A stretch of DNA of 64,000 nucleotides from Candidatus Binatia bacterium (GTDB lineage Bacteria > Desulfobacterota > Binatia > UBA9968 > JAJDTQ01). The DNA is taken from NCBI GenBank assembly GCA_963666515.2, contig OY762897.2, positions 1,600,001-1,664,000 on the forward strand, written 5' to 3'. The notes beneath the pieces are model-generated. The model searched no databases and was not told the origin of the DNA. It saw nothing but the letters and a program-made list of their open reading frames with translations. Positions 39,550 through 48,673 of this stretch are shown piece after piece. The translations under genes were made by a program, and so were the position numbers. The number at the start of each line of letters is the position of its first letter. The first letter of the stretch is position 1.

Positions 39550-40422
39550 ATGAAACCGCCGATATTCGACTACGTCGTGGCCGAGAGCCGGGAACACGCG
39601 CTGGAGGTGCTGCGCGAGCACGGCGACGACGCCAAAGTGCTGGCTGGAGGCCAGAGCCTGGTGCCGCTGATGAGCTTCCGGCTGGCGAAGCCGGCCGTGC
39701 TGCTGGACATCAACCGGCTGGAGGGACTGGACGCCATCGAGGTGTCCGACGGACGCATGAGCATCGGTGCGCTGACGCGGCAATGCGAGCTGCTGAGCGA
39801 TCCGCTGATTGCGGAGAATTGCCCGCTCATTCGCGCTGCCACGGAGTTCATCGGCCATCCCGCCATCCGCAACCGCGGCACCGTGGGCGGCAGCGTCGCC
39901 CATGCGGACCCCGCCGCGGAGCTGCCGGTCCTGCTCCAGGTGCTCGATGCAGAGGTCGAGGTGTGCTCGGCCGGATCGCGGAGAATCATCCCGGCGGATG
40001 ACTTTTTCATGGGTCTGCTGATGACCAGGATGACGCCCGACGAACTGCTCACCGGGGTCAGCTTCCCGGCACCCGAGAAAAGCGCAGGCTGGAGCTTTCA
40101 CGAGGTCGCGCGCCGTCACGGGGACTTCGCGCTGGTGGCCGCGGCGGCGCTGGTCACCCTGGACGGCGCGGGCGCGATCGACAGCGCGGCCGTGGCCTTG
40201 GGCGGCATCGCCGAGCGGCCGGTGCGTGTGAAGACGGTGGAGGACGCCCTCAAGGGCAACGCGCCGACCCAGGAAGGGATCGAATCCGCGTCACGGCTGG
40301 TCGCGGACTCGGTCACGCCCGTGGGCGACATCCACGCCGGCGAAGCCTACCGCGCTCACCTGGGACGGGTCCTGACCCGGCGGGCCATCCACGACGCCGT
40401 GGAGCGCGCCCGCAGCAACTGA
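39550..40422 (+). CDS. Xanthine dehydrogenase-family FAD-binding (CoxM-like) subunit
   Basis: LAGGQSL, IRNRGTVGGS, ADPAAE, RRHGDFA, YRAHL. Confidence 0.92.
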   Translation: MKPPIFDYVVAESREHALEVLREHGDDAKVLAGGQSLVPLMSFRLAKPAVLLDINRLEGLDAIEVSDGRMSIGALTRQCELLSDPLIAENCPLIRAATEFIGHPAIRNRGTVGGSVAHADPAAELPVLLQVLDAEVEVCSAGSRRIIPADDFFMGLLMTRMTPDELLTGVSFPAPEKSAGWSFHEVARRHGDFALVAAAALVTLDGAGAIDSAAVALGGIAERPVRVKTVEDALKGNAPTQEGIESASRLVADSVTPVGDIHAGEAYRAHLGRVLTRRAIHDAVERARSN

Positions 40423-40439
40423 TCAGCTTGGATCGATCA

Positions 40440-40468
40440 TTGACATCGCCTATTGAGGGGTGTAGGCT
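40440..40468 (+). promoter_or_regulatory. sigma70-like promoter for the coiled-coil repeat gene
   Basis: TTGACA-17 nt-TAGGCT. Confidence 0.5.
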
Positions 40469-40512
40469 GTTTTGGAATGTTCAGTGTACACCAAACCGGG
40501 AGAGGCAGGGCG

Positions 40513-40971
40513 ATGGCTGAGGCGATCAAGAACAAACTGACCCATTGGATCAAGGACCATGCCGGATTTTGGAGCTTCGGCATATTCGTGGTAGCGACCC
40601 TGGGGCTGTTGGGAGGCCTTGGGGTGTGGGCTCTGGACTCGCAAGACAGGAAAATCATGGCCGTTCTTACGGCCGAAGACAAACGGCTCGATAGCAGGAT
40701 TGACGGCAACACGGAGCTTCTTAAACGTATAGACAAGAAAATAGATCGCGTGGACCAGAAAATCGATGGCCTTAGCGCCCGCGTGGACAAAAAAATCGAC
40801 AGCATGGACAAGAAGATCGACGACCTTAGCGCACGCATGGACAAGAAAATCGACGACCTGAGCGCGCGCATGGACCGGAAAATCGATAACTTGAGCGCAC
40901 GCATGGACAAGAAAATCGATAACCTGAGCGCACGCATGGACACAATCCTGGACAGGCTCCCGGCCAGATAA
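40513..40971 (+). CDS. Membrane-anchored coiled-coil protein with 11-aa repeats
   Basis: N-terminal TM helix, then (MDKKIDDLSAR)n. Confidence 0.75.
   Translation: MAEAIKNKLTHWIKDHAGFWSFGIFVVATLGLLGGLGVWALDSQDRKIMAVLTAEDKRLDSRIDGNTELLKRIDKKIDRVDQKIDGLSARVDKKIDSMDKKIDDLSARMDKKIDDLSARMDRKIDNLSARMDKKIDNLSARMDTILDRLPAR
40804..40935 (+). repeat. 33-bp coding tandem repeat x4 (degenerate copies from ~40729)
   Basis: ATGGACAAGAAGATCGACGACCTTAGCGCACGC-type units at 40804, 40837, 40870, 40903. Confidence 0.9.
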
Positions 40972-40984
40972 GGGTATTGCCGGC

Positions 40985-41851
40985 TCACTCCACCCCACCT
41001 TTCGCCCTGTCGCTCCACCCCAACGGCAGGTAGCGCAACGCCAGACCCGCAAGGATCGACCCGCCGCCGATGAAGGTGGCGAGGGACGGCACCTCCCCTA
41101 CCCACAGCGCGACCCACAACGGATTGAGCACCGGCTCCACCAGGGAGATCAGCGAGGCTTCCTGCACCGATATGTGCTCGATGCTCCGGAAGAAAAAGAA
41201 GTGGGCGAAAGCGAACTGGACGACCCCCAGGCAGGCCAGGGCTGCGAGCTGAGCCAGCGACACGGAAAGCGAGCCGTAGGCGAACCCGAGCAGGGCGAGG
41301 GTCGAGATGAAGTTGTTGGCGAGCATCAGCGCGAACGGGTCGAATCCCCTGAGGAAGCGGAGGTTGATGAAGTAGACGCCCAGCATGAACCCGCTGCCGA
41401 GGCCCACGGAAACGCCGGGCAGGTCCTGCGCGCCCGCGGCGCCGCCGAATATGATCAGGATACCGGCGGTGCCGAAAATCAGCGTCACCAGGTCGGGGCG
41501 CGCGGGGCGCTCGCGCAGCAGCAGCAACACCAGGACGCATACGAACACCGGGGCGGTGTTCTGCAGCACGATGGCGTTGGCCGCGGTGGTGAGCTTGGTG
41601 GCCCACACCAGCGAGCCGGTGGCCGCGGTGAACGCCAGACCGCAGAACAACAGATGCGGCTTCGGCCGCCACCGCCGGGTCACCGCGAAGGGGAGGAAGA
41701 AGAGCATGGCGAACAGGCTCCGGTAGAAGGCGATGACCGCGGGATGAAGCGCCAGCGACTTGATGAAGACGCCGGCCAGACTCCAGCAGAATGCGGCGAG
41801 CAGCGCGAACAGCCTGCACCGAGTGACCGACGACCTGGAGGCCTGTTCCAT
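40985..41851 (-). CDS. EamA/DMT family transporter
   Basis: WSLAGVFIK, TTAANAIVLQ, EPVLNPLW; start codon uncertain. Confidence 0.85.
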   Translation of the reverse strand: MEQASRSSVTRCRLFALLAAFCWSLAGVFIKSLALHPAVIAFYRSLFAMLFFLPFAVTRRWRPKPHLLFCGLAFTAATGSLVWATKLTTAANAIVLQNTAPVFVCVLVLLLLRERPARPDLVTLIFGTAGILIIFGGAAGAQDLPGVSVGLGSGFMLGVYFINLRFLRGFDPFALMLANNFISTLALLGFAYGSLSVSLAQLAALACLGVVQFAFAHFFFFRSIEHISVQEASLISLVEPVLNPLWVALWVGEVPSLATFIGGGSILAGLALRYLPLGWSDRAKGGVE

Positions 41852-41959
41852 GACTTGTGTCCGTGAAGGGACGCCAAAACGCGAAAACCGGAGAAATGCG
41901 CGCATCTCTCCGGCTTTCCGGCGTTGCTCCGCGCCGCTCCGGTCTGTCCGAAGACCGGG

Positions 41960-42808
41960 TCAGGTGACCCGCAACTCGTCCGCCGGGAGCCCGATGGCGG
42001 CCCGGGCCAATCGTATCTGCTCCCTCGTGGTGATCACCCGGAAAGACCTGGCCGTCTTGATGGCCCAGAACGTCTCTTCCTGTATCTCCCGGGTGACGGC
42101 GTATTTCTTGAGGATGTCCAGCACCCCGCCGCCGTGGACCTGGTCCTTGCTCTGGTGGAGGCCGGCGTTCATCAGCGACCCTTCCGGAATTCCGCAGAGC
42201 TTCTCGACCCGGTTGGCGCTGGCCGCCCACGGGCCTTCGAACTCGCCCTTGTCGAGATAGCCCCGCTTGACCGCAACCCGGATGCTCTCGAGGCCGCCGA
42301 TGGCCGCGTAGCCGCCCTGCCACGTCAGTGTCCGGCTCAGATTGTCCAACGCGTGCATGCAGGCCATGAAGATCGGCGTGGGCTCGAACGCCTCTGCCTC
42401 CTCACGGGAGATGCCGAGTTGCTGAGAGTCGTAGTAGAGCACCTCGATGTGGCACATGCCGTCGGCGTCGGGGTCGCTCACCTCCTCGTCCCAGCAGTCG
42501 TGGAGGATCTCGCGGCGGACGTCCTGGTAGGGGCACTTGGCGGCGATGTTCATCAGGTAGCTGGGAAACATCTTTGCGAAGAAGCTGTGGTTCATCTGCC
42601 AGACGCCGAAGTACCGCCTGGCCTTGTCGGGGTCGTTCAGGACCTCGTCGGGAATCGGCGGGTGGTTCGTGTAGGTCCGCACCACGTCGGCCTGGGCCCG
42701 CAGGAACCGTGCTTCGTACTCCTCCGGGGAGAAAGCTGCACCATCGGTTTCCGGGGGCGCTCGGAAGAAAGTCTTCGTGGTGATCACATCGGCTTGGGCA
42801 TCGGACAT
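41960..42808 (-). CDS. Heme-oxygenase-like diiron oxidase (PqqC/CADD-like HDO)
   Basis: IAAKCP, WDEE...H, GGLE, HQSKDQVH ligand pattern. Confidence 0.75.
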   Translation of the reverse strand: MSDAQADVITTKTFFRAPPETDGAAFSPEEYEARFLRAQADVVRTYTNHPPIPDEVLNDPDKARRYFGVWQMNHSFFAKMFPSYLMNIAAKCPYQDVRREILHDCWDEEVSDPDADGMCHIEVLYYDSQQLGISREEAEAFEPTPIFMACMHALDNLSRTLTWQGGYAAIGGLESIRVAVKRGYLDKGEFEGPWAASANRVEKLCGIPEGSLMNAGLHQSKDQVHGGGVLDILKKYAVTREIQEETFWAIKTARSFRVITTREQIRLARAAIGLPADELRVT

Positions 42809-43029
42809 CGTAACGCTCCTTGGTTGGAATCGTTCGACACGAACGTCTCTTCCGCCCGTATCAGAAGGTCCGTAGTGTGTCAACGAAGCTCCTGACCGCA
42901 CCCGGAGCACGCTTTACTCCCCCGACGGGGATTGATATATCCGCTGCCAAACCGTCCGCCGGACCCCGCGTTGATCGTCCGTGAAGGCACTTGCGCGGCA
43001 CCACCCCAGCGGATGGACGAGGAGGTCCC

Positions 43030-44211
43030 ATGCGAAGCGCCTACGGTCTCAGGATACCGGAGATAGACCCCGAGCTGACCCGGGTGGGGCCGGGCACGCC
43101 GTGCGGCGAGTTGATGCGGCGGTACTGGCAGCCCGTTTGCCTCGCGGCCGACCTTACCGACCTGCCCAAGCGCATCCGCATCCTGGGGGAGGACTTGGTG
43201 GCGTTCCGGGACGGGCAAGGGCACCCGGGGCTCCTGTTCTTCCGCTGCAGCCACCGCGGCACCTCGCTGGAGTACGGCCGCGTGGAGCGGGACGGGCTGC
43301 GCTGCTGCTACCACGGCTGGCTCTACGACGTGGAGGGCCGCATCCTCGACATGCCGCTGGAGCCGCGCGACAGCACCGTGAAGGACCACCTCTGGCACCC
43401 CGCCTATCCGGTGCAGGAGTACGGCGGGCTGCTGTTCGCCTACATGGGACCTCTGGACAAGATGCCGCTCCTGCCCCGCTACGACGTGCTGGAGGCGGAA
43501 GGAGGCACGCTGAAGCCGCGCTTCGGCCCGCGCGTGGGCGGCGCCCAGGACTGCAACTGGCTCCAGAGCGAGGAGAACCTCATGGACGCGCTCCATGCGG
43601 TGTGGCTGCACACGGTGCACAGCGGACCCCAGTTCCCCACCCAGGCCCATTCGACCCTGCCGGAGCGGCTGGTCTACGAGGAGACCGACATCGGCATCCG
43701 CTTCGTCATGACCCGGAAGATGGAGGACGGGCGCTGGGCGGACGTCATATGGGAGAACCTCATGCCGCTCAACGTGCACCTGACCTACACGGACGAGCCC
43801 GTGACCGAGAAGGTGAACCAGGTGTCCTTCTGCGTTCCGGTGGACGACACCCACCAGTTGGGCGCGAACATTCGATGGATACCCGACGGCGCCGACCCGT
43901 CGGAGCTGTCAGGCCGTGAAAAGCTCGCGCCCGCCGGCCGGGGGCCACGGGACTACGAGTACAGCCAGCGCTACCCCGACGACAAGGAAGCCCAGGAGGG
44001 CCAGGGGGAGATCGTGGTGCACGCCATGGAGCGCCACGTAAGCTCGGACGAGGGCGTGCTGCTGTTCCGGAAGATCCTCAAGACCGCCATCGACGACGTC
44101 AAGGCCGGCAAGGACCCCAAGGGGATCATCCGGGACCCCGAGAAGGCGGCCTGCGTGCCCACCACCGCGGGAGCGATCGTGCACGCGGAGCGGCCCGCCC
44201 ACGTGGCCTGA
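43030..44211 (+). CDS. Rieske non-heme iron oxygenase alpha subunit (phthalate 4,5-dioxygenase/VanA-like)
   Basis: CSHR...CCYHGW Rieske ligands; ENLMDALHAVWLH mononuclear Fe motif. Confidence 0.9.
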   Translation: MRSAYGLRIPEIDPELTRVGPGTPCGELMRRYWQPVCLAADLTDLPKRIRILGEDLVAFRDGQGHPGLLFFRCSHRGTSLEYGRVERDGLRCCYHGWLYDVEGRILDMPLEPRDSTVKDHLWHPAYPVQEYGGLLFAYMGPLDKMPLLPRYDVLEAEGGTLKPRFGPRVGGAQDCNWLQSEENLMDALHAVWLHTVHSGPQFPTQAHSTLPERLVYEETDIGIRFVMTRKMEDGRWADVIWENLMPLNVHLTYTDEPVTEKVNQVSFCVPVDDTHQLGANIRWIPDGADPSELSGREKLAPAGRGPRDYEYSQRYPDDKEAQEGQGEIVVHAMERHVSSDEGVLLFRKILKTAIDDVKAGKDPKGIIRDPEKAACVPTTAGAIVHAERPAHVA

Positions 44212-44253
44212 CGCGCGGGGGTTCTCCATGCAGAAAGGGCAAGGGAGAAGCAC

Positions 44254-45858
44254 TTGAGCATTCAATCCATCGACCCACCGGCCCTGCAGGCGCTGCTGGC
44301 CTCGGACGCCCTTTACGCCTGCATCGACGTGCGCGAACGCGGCGAGTTCGCGCGGGCGCAGATCGCCGGCACCAGCCCGGTTAACCGCGGCATGTTGGAG
44401 ATCCGGCTGCCGGTGATGGTGCCGGACCGGCGCGTTCCCGTGGTGGTGTGCTGCAACGACGGGCGCCGTAGCGCGCTGTCGGCGGGGACCTTGGCGAGCA
44501 TGGGCTACACCGACGTCCGCATCCTCGCGGGCGGCATCGACGAATGGCAGCGCCAGGGGCTGCCGGTGCGCTCGGGCTGGGGGGTGCACGGGAAGGAATA
44601 CGGCGAGCGGGTCGCCCACGGCGGCGACGTCGTCCACCTGGACGCGGTGGAACTGGCCCGACGGCGCAAGGCAGGCGAGGACGTGATGGTGGTGGACGTA
44701 CGGTCGCGGGAGGAGTACCTGCGCGGCCACGTGCCGGACACCTACCACATCCCCGGCGGCAACCTGCTGGTGGACGCGCCGCGGCTGCCGCTCAAGGAGG
44801 ACACGACGCTGGTGGTGAGCTGCGCCGGCCGCACCCGCGGCATCCTCGGCGCGCAACTGCTGCACGACAACGGCTTCACCAACGTCTACGCCCTGGAGAA
44901 CGGCGTCATGGGCTGGTTCCTGGCCGGCGGCAACATCGCAACGGGCACGGGCAAGGAGGTGCCCGAGGCGGCATCGGCACCCCGGTCCACGCAGATCCGG
45001 CAAGCCACCGAAGCACTCGCCTCCCGAGAGCGCATCCGCCGCTGCTCGCGCGACGACTTCCGCGCCGCCTGCGAGTCCGGCGAAACCTTCTACCTGCTGG
45101 ATGTGCGGCTCCCGGAGGAATACGAGACCGGCCACATACCGCGTTCCATCTCGCTCCCGTTGGGGCAGATGGCCCTGGCCCACGAGAACTTTCTCGCGGT
45201 GCGCGCGGCGCCCGTATTCGTGGTTTCGGACGACGACTCCCGGCCGGTCTGGGCCGCCGCCCTGCTCCGAAATCTCGGCTTCCGCGACGTGTCGGTCCTC
45301 GACGGCGGCCTGCGGGGATGGACCGCGGACGGACTCGACCTGGAACAAGGCGTCCCGGAGCCCGCGGTCTTCGGTTTGGAGGAGACACGTGACCAGGTGA
45401 CCTTCATCGACGCCGTGGCGCTTCAGGCATACGTGGAATCGTCCGCTCTCGCGTTGGACGTCCGCAGCATCGGGGAGTACGGCTTCGCCCACATTCCCGG
45501 CACACGATGGCTTCCCCGCGGACGCCTGGAACTGGACATCGCGCGCGTCGCGCCGGACAAGGTATTGCCCCTGGCCCTGGTATGCGACAACGCCGTCCGC
45601 TCCACGCTGGCGGCCGGCACCCTGAGGCAACTGGCCTACACCGATGTTCGGGTGCTTCAGGGCGGAACCCGGGAGTGGGAGAGCGGCGGCCGCTCGCTGG
45701 AAGACGGGCTCGAAGGGACCGGGATCTCCACCGAGGACGCGCAGGCCGACTTCGGGCACAGCGTGTGGCACGGCGCCCTGGGAAAGTCCCGCGAGGACAT
45801 GGAACGCTACCTGTCCTGGGAGATTGACCTGGTCAAGGACGGGGAAGCAGCGTCCTGA
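44254..45858 (+). CDS. Four-domain rhodanese-like sulfurtransferase
   Basis: Four DVR...E(F/Y)...(H)IPG-type repeats; CAGRTR loop in domain 2; C-terminal MERYLSWE. Confidence 0.88.
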   Translation: MSIQSIDPPALQALLASDALYACIDVRERGEFARAQIAGTSPVNRGMLEIRLPVMVPDRRVPVVVCCNDGRRSALSAGTLASMGYTDVRILAGGIDEWQRQGLPVRSGWGVHGKEYGERVAHGGDVVHLDAVELARRRKAGEDVMVVDVRSREEYLRGHVPDTYHIPGGNLLVDAPRLPLKEDTTLVVSCAGRTRGILGAQLLHDNGFTNVYALENGVMGWFLAGGNIATGTGKEVPEAASAPRSTQIRQATEALASRERIRRCSRDDFRAACESGETFYLLDVRLPEEYETGHIPRSISLPLGQMALAHENFLAVRAAPVFVVSDDDSRPVWAAALLRNLGFRDVSVLDGGLRGWTADGLDLEQGVPEPAVFGLEETRDQVTFIDAVALQAYVESSALALDVRSIGEYGFAHIPGTRWLPRGRLELDIARVAPDKVLPLALVCDNAVRSTLAAGTLRQLAYTDVRVLQGGTREWESGGRSLEDGLEGTGISTEDAQADFGHSVWHGALGKSREDMERYLSWEIDLVKDGEAAS

Positions 45859-45873
45859 GACGCCAGCGTGGGA

Positions 45874-46392
45874 TCAGGGCCCCGGCAACCTGTCCGGAAA
45901 GCCGTGGAAGATCAGGCCGCCCACGAAACCCACGATGGGCGGCAGCACGAGACTGGCCAGGAACCGGGCTACGGTTACCTCCAGGCCCAGTATGGGAATT
46001 TCCCAGATAATGACCCGGTGGAAGCCGATGAGGGACCACGACGTCAGATAGGCGATGATGGGTCCGGCGCCTGCGCCCGAGGCCATCAGTGAAGCCACGA
46101 TGGGAAAGTGCATCATGGGCCCGCCAGGGGTGAACGCTCCGGCGGCGGTGCCGATCATGAGCCCGCGCACCCCGGAGCCCTCTCCGATCCACTTGGAAAT
46201 CAGGTCCGTCGGGAGAATGACCTGGATCAGACCCGCCACCGCAAAGGCGAAGATCATCTTGGGAAGCGTGTTCATCAGGAGTTGGCCGCCGCTCGACAGA
46301 CCCGCCACCGCCCGCGGCGCACCATAGGAATGGACCACGTACACGCCCACGACGATGCTGGCCACGAACATGAACCAAAAGCCCCCGTCCAT
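45874..46392 (-). CDS. DUF318/ArsP-like small permease
   Basis: SKWIGEGSG, TPGGP, GAGAGPIIAYLTSW, WEIP. Confidence 0.8.
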   Translation of the reverse strand: MDGGFWFMFVASIVVGVYVVHSYGAPRAVAGLSSGGQLLMNTLPKMIFAFAVAGLIQVILPTDLISKWIGEGSGVRGLMIGTAAGAFTPGGPMMHFPIVASLMASGAGAGPIIAYLTSWSLIGFHRVIIWEIPILGLEVTVARFLASLVLPPIVGFVGGLIFHGFPDRLPGP

Positions 46393-46470
46393 ACCGAGTC
46401 TCCCTGTTATGCTGCGCTTTCTCTGTCGCATACCGCGCTCAACTCCATCGGCTCCCGATCCCGTTGACCC

Positions 46471-46497
46471 CTTTCGCGAAGCTTTCGCAACTTGACA
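46471..46497. promoter_or_regulatory. Candidate operator plus -35 element in a divergent intergenic region
   Basis: CTTTCGCGAA-GCTTTCGCAA (direct and dyad repeat) abutting TTGACA 46492-97. Confidence 0.35.
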
Positions 46498-46560
46498 CAA
46501 ACGGAACCCCGATTGTAGTTCTTTAGGCTCGGCGAACAGCGGGAGAACACCGAGGACGGC

Positions 46561-47865
46561 ATGCTGACGAAGGAAGACAACGAGATTCTGACGAGGGTGG
46601 GGCCGGGGACGCCCATGGGCGAGTTGATGCGGCGGTACTGGGTGCCGGTGGTGCTTTCCGGCGAGTTGGAAGCGGGAGGGCGGACCAAGCGGGTGCGCAT
46701 CCTGGGCGAGGACATGGTGGCCTTTCGCACCTCCCAGGGCGAGGCCGGGCTGCTCGGCGAGTATTGCTCGCACCGGCGGGTCTCGCTCTATTTCGGCCGT
46801 GTGGAGAAGGACGGGCTCCGCTGCTGCTACCACGGGTGGAAATACGGGCTGGACGGGCGCTGCCTGGAGATGCCCAACGAGTCGCCGGAGACCGACTTCA
46901 AGCACGCGGTTCGGCACCCTGCCTACCCGTGCCGCGAGCGCGGCGGCGTCGTGTGGGCGTTCATGGGCGACCCGGCGCACATGAACGAGCTGCCGGACTT
47001 CGAATGGCTGCACCTGCCTGACAACCAGCGCTTCATCTCCAAGTACTACCAGGACAGCAACTACTTCCAGGCACTCGAGGGCGGTATCGATTCGAGCCAC
47101 ATCTCCTTCCTGCACGCGCCTCTCAGCTCAGCGGACCGGGCGTCGCTGAAGGACATCGAGAGGGCCGGCTTCGGCGTCGACACCGCGGTAGAGTCGTCGG
47201 ACCGGAGCCCGCGGTTCGAGGTGGTGGACACGGAATACGGCGTGATGATCGGCGCCCGGCGCAATGTCGCCGACGACCGGTACTACTGGCGCATCACGCA
47301 GTTCCTCATGCCCTTTTACACCATGCCGCCGCCCCAGGACGAAGACCCGATCCTGCATTCCCATGCCTGGGTCCCGGCGGACGACGGGCACCTGATCAAC
47401 TGGACCATCACGTGGCATCCGGGGCGGCCGTTGAAGGAGGAAGAGCTGGTGTCCTTCAACACCGGCCTGAGCGCGCACATCACGGAGTTCGGGCCAGCCG
47501 TGAACGGCCCTTACGGCGACGTTCGACCGGCCGCGACCCGGGCCGAGGACTACGGCATGGACTGGCAGGCGCACCGCACGCGCATGTTCTGCGGCATCCC
47601 CGGCTTCGGTATGCAGGACCGCGCCATGACCGAGAGCCAGGGTCCCATCTTCGACCGCACCCGCGAGAGGCTGGGGACCAGCGACACCGCCATCATCCAG
47701 GTGCGCAAGTGCCTCATCGACGCCGCCAAGATGCTGCGGCAGGAGCAAGCCGAACCGCCGGGGCTCGATCCGAAGCTCCACCACATCCGCGCCACCTCCG
47801 TGCGGTTGCCCAAGGACGCGGTGTGGGTCGAAGCAGTGAAGGATCAGGTGAACATCACGCCGTAA
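46561..47865 (+). CDS. Rieske oxygenase alpha subunit (phthalate 4,5-dioxygenase-like)
   Basis: MLTKEDNEILTRVGPGTPMG, CSHR/CCYHGW, EGGIDSSHISFLH, QDRAMTESQG. Confidence 0.92.
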   Translation: MLTKEDNEILTRVGPGTPMGELMRRYWVPVVLSGELEAGGRTKRVRILGEDMVAFRTSQGEAGLLGEYCSHRRVSLYFGRVEKDGLRCCYHGWKYGLDGRCLEMPNESPETDFKHAVRHPAYPCRERGGVVWAFMGDPAHMNELPDFEWLHLPDNQRFISKYYQDSNYFQALEGGIDSSHISFLHAPLSSADRASLKDIERAGFGVDTAVESSDRSPRFEVVDTEYGVMIGARRNVADDRYYWRITQFLMPFYTMPPPQDEDPILHSHAWVPADDGHLINWTITWHPGRPLKEEELVSFNTGLSAHITEFGPAVNGPYGDVRPAATRAEDYGMDWQAHRTRMFCGIPGFGMQDRAMTESQGPIFDRTRERLGTSDTAIIQVRKCLIDAAKMLRQEQAEPPGLDPKLHHIRATSVRLPKDAVWVEAVKDQVNITP

Positions 47866-47899
47866 GTTGCCGTGTTCATTGCCAGTTCGCCGGGAAACC

Positions 47900-48157
47900 A
47901 TGACGTTTGAAGAGTACATGGCCGTGCCCTACGTGCTGCGCGTCGCCGCGGTGCGGGGAGCCGACGGTCGCTGGCTGCGGCGGGCGGAGTATCCGGAGTT
48001 GCCGGGCTGCTTCGGCGAGGGACTTTCGCCGGAAGACGCCTTGGCCGATCTGGACCGAAACCGCGAGCGCATGGTTCGGGAGCTTCTCGCCGCGGGGGCG
48101 CGCGTCCCGGTGCCCCGCCCGCCCCTGGAAAGGTTGCTGAGAACCCGAATCGGTTGA
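47900..48157 (+). CDS. HicB-like domain protein, no cognate HicA
   Basis: EYMAVPY, AEYPELPGCFGEG, EDAL, VPVP. Confidence 0.75.
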   Translation: MTFEEYMAVPYVLRVAAVRGADGRWLRRAEYPELPGCFGEGLSPEDALADLDRNRERMVRELLAAGARVPVPRPPLERLLRTRIG

Positions 48158-48205
48158 CGAGACATCGGAATTTCGAGTCCACGACACGGAGAAGGGAGAC
48201 TTGCT

Positions 48206-48664
48206 TTGAGCTTTGGAATGAAACAGGCACGGGCGCTGGTGGATGCGGGCATTCACGCGGCGGAGGAAAAAGGTTACCAGGTGGCGGTGACCATCGTCGA
48301 TGCCGGCGGGAACTTCATGTGGTCGGGGCGCATGGACGGGACCAAGTTCGTGGCTCCGGACATCGCCCGGGCCAAGGCGTTTACCGCGGCCGCCTTCCGC
48401 CAGAGCACCGCGGTGCTTGAGGAAAAGGCCAACCCGAAGCCGGTCTTCTACACCGGCGTGCAGGTGGTGCACGGCGGGCACATCGCCATCGGCCAGGGGG
48501 CGCTGCCCATCTGGATGGGAGATGCGGTGGTGGGAGGCATCGGCGTCAGCGGCGCGGCGCCCCAGGAGGACGAGGAAGTGGCGGCTGCGGCGCTGGAGGC
48601 CGAGGGCTATTCGTTCCCGGACGCGGACGTGGCTACCCGCGCGGCGCTGGGGCATTCAAGGTAG
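48206..48664 (+). CDS. GlcG/HbpS-family heme-binding protein
   Basis: IVDAGG, RMDG, AKAFTA, GALP, GGIGVSGA, QEDE. Confidence 0.88.
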   Translation: MSFGMKQARALVDAGIHAAEEKGYQVAVTIVDAGGNFMWSGRMDGTKFVAPDIARAKAFTAAAFRQSTAVLEEKANPKPVFYTGVQVVHGGHIAIGQGALPIWMGDAVVGGIGVSGAAPQEDEEVAAAALEAEGYSFPDADVATRAALGHSR

Positions 48665-48673
48665 ACGGGGCTC

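Noticed and set aside
36618-40422. Aerobic CO dehydrogenase (coxMSL) call
   Set aside because: Lacks AYxCSFR/AYRGAGR (has PYRGFG) and no cox accessory genes are adjacent.
40729-40940. 33-bp periodic repeat as a possible CRISPR array
   Set aside because: Units are contiguous with no unique spacers, are in frame and vary mainly at synonymous sites; no cas genes in the window.
47900-48157. Complete HicAB toxin-antitoxin module
   Set aside because: No room or ORF for hicA on either side (34-bp and ~48-bp gaps).
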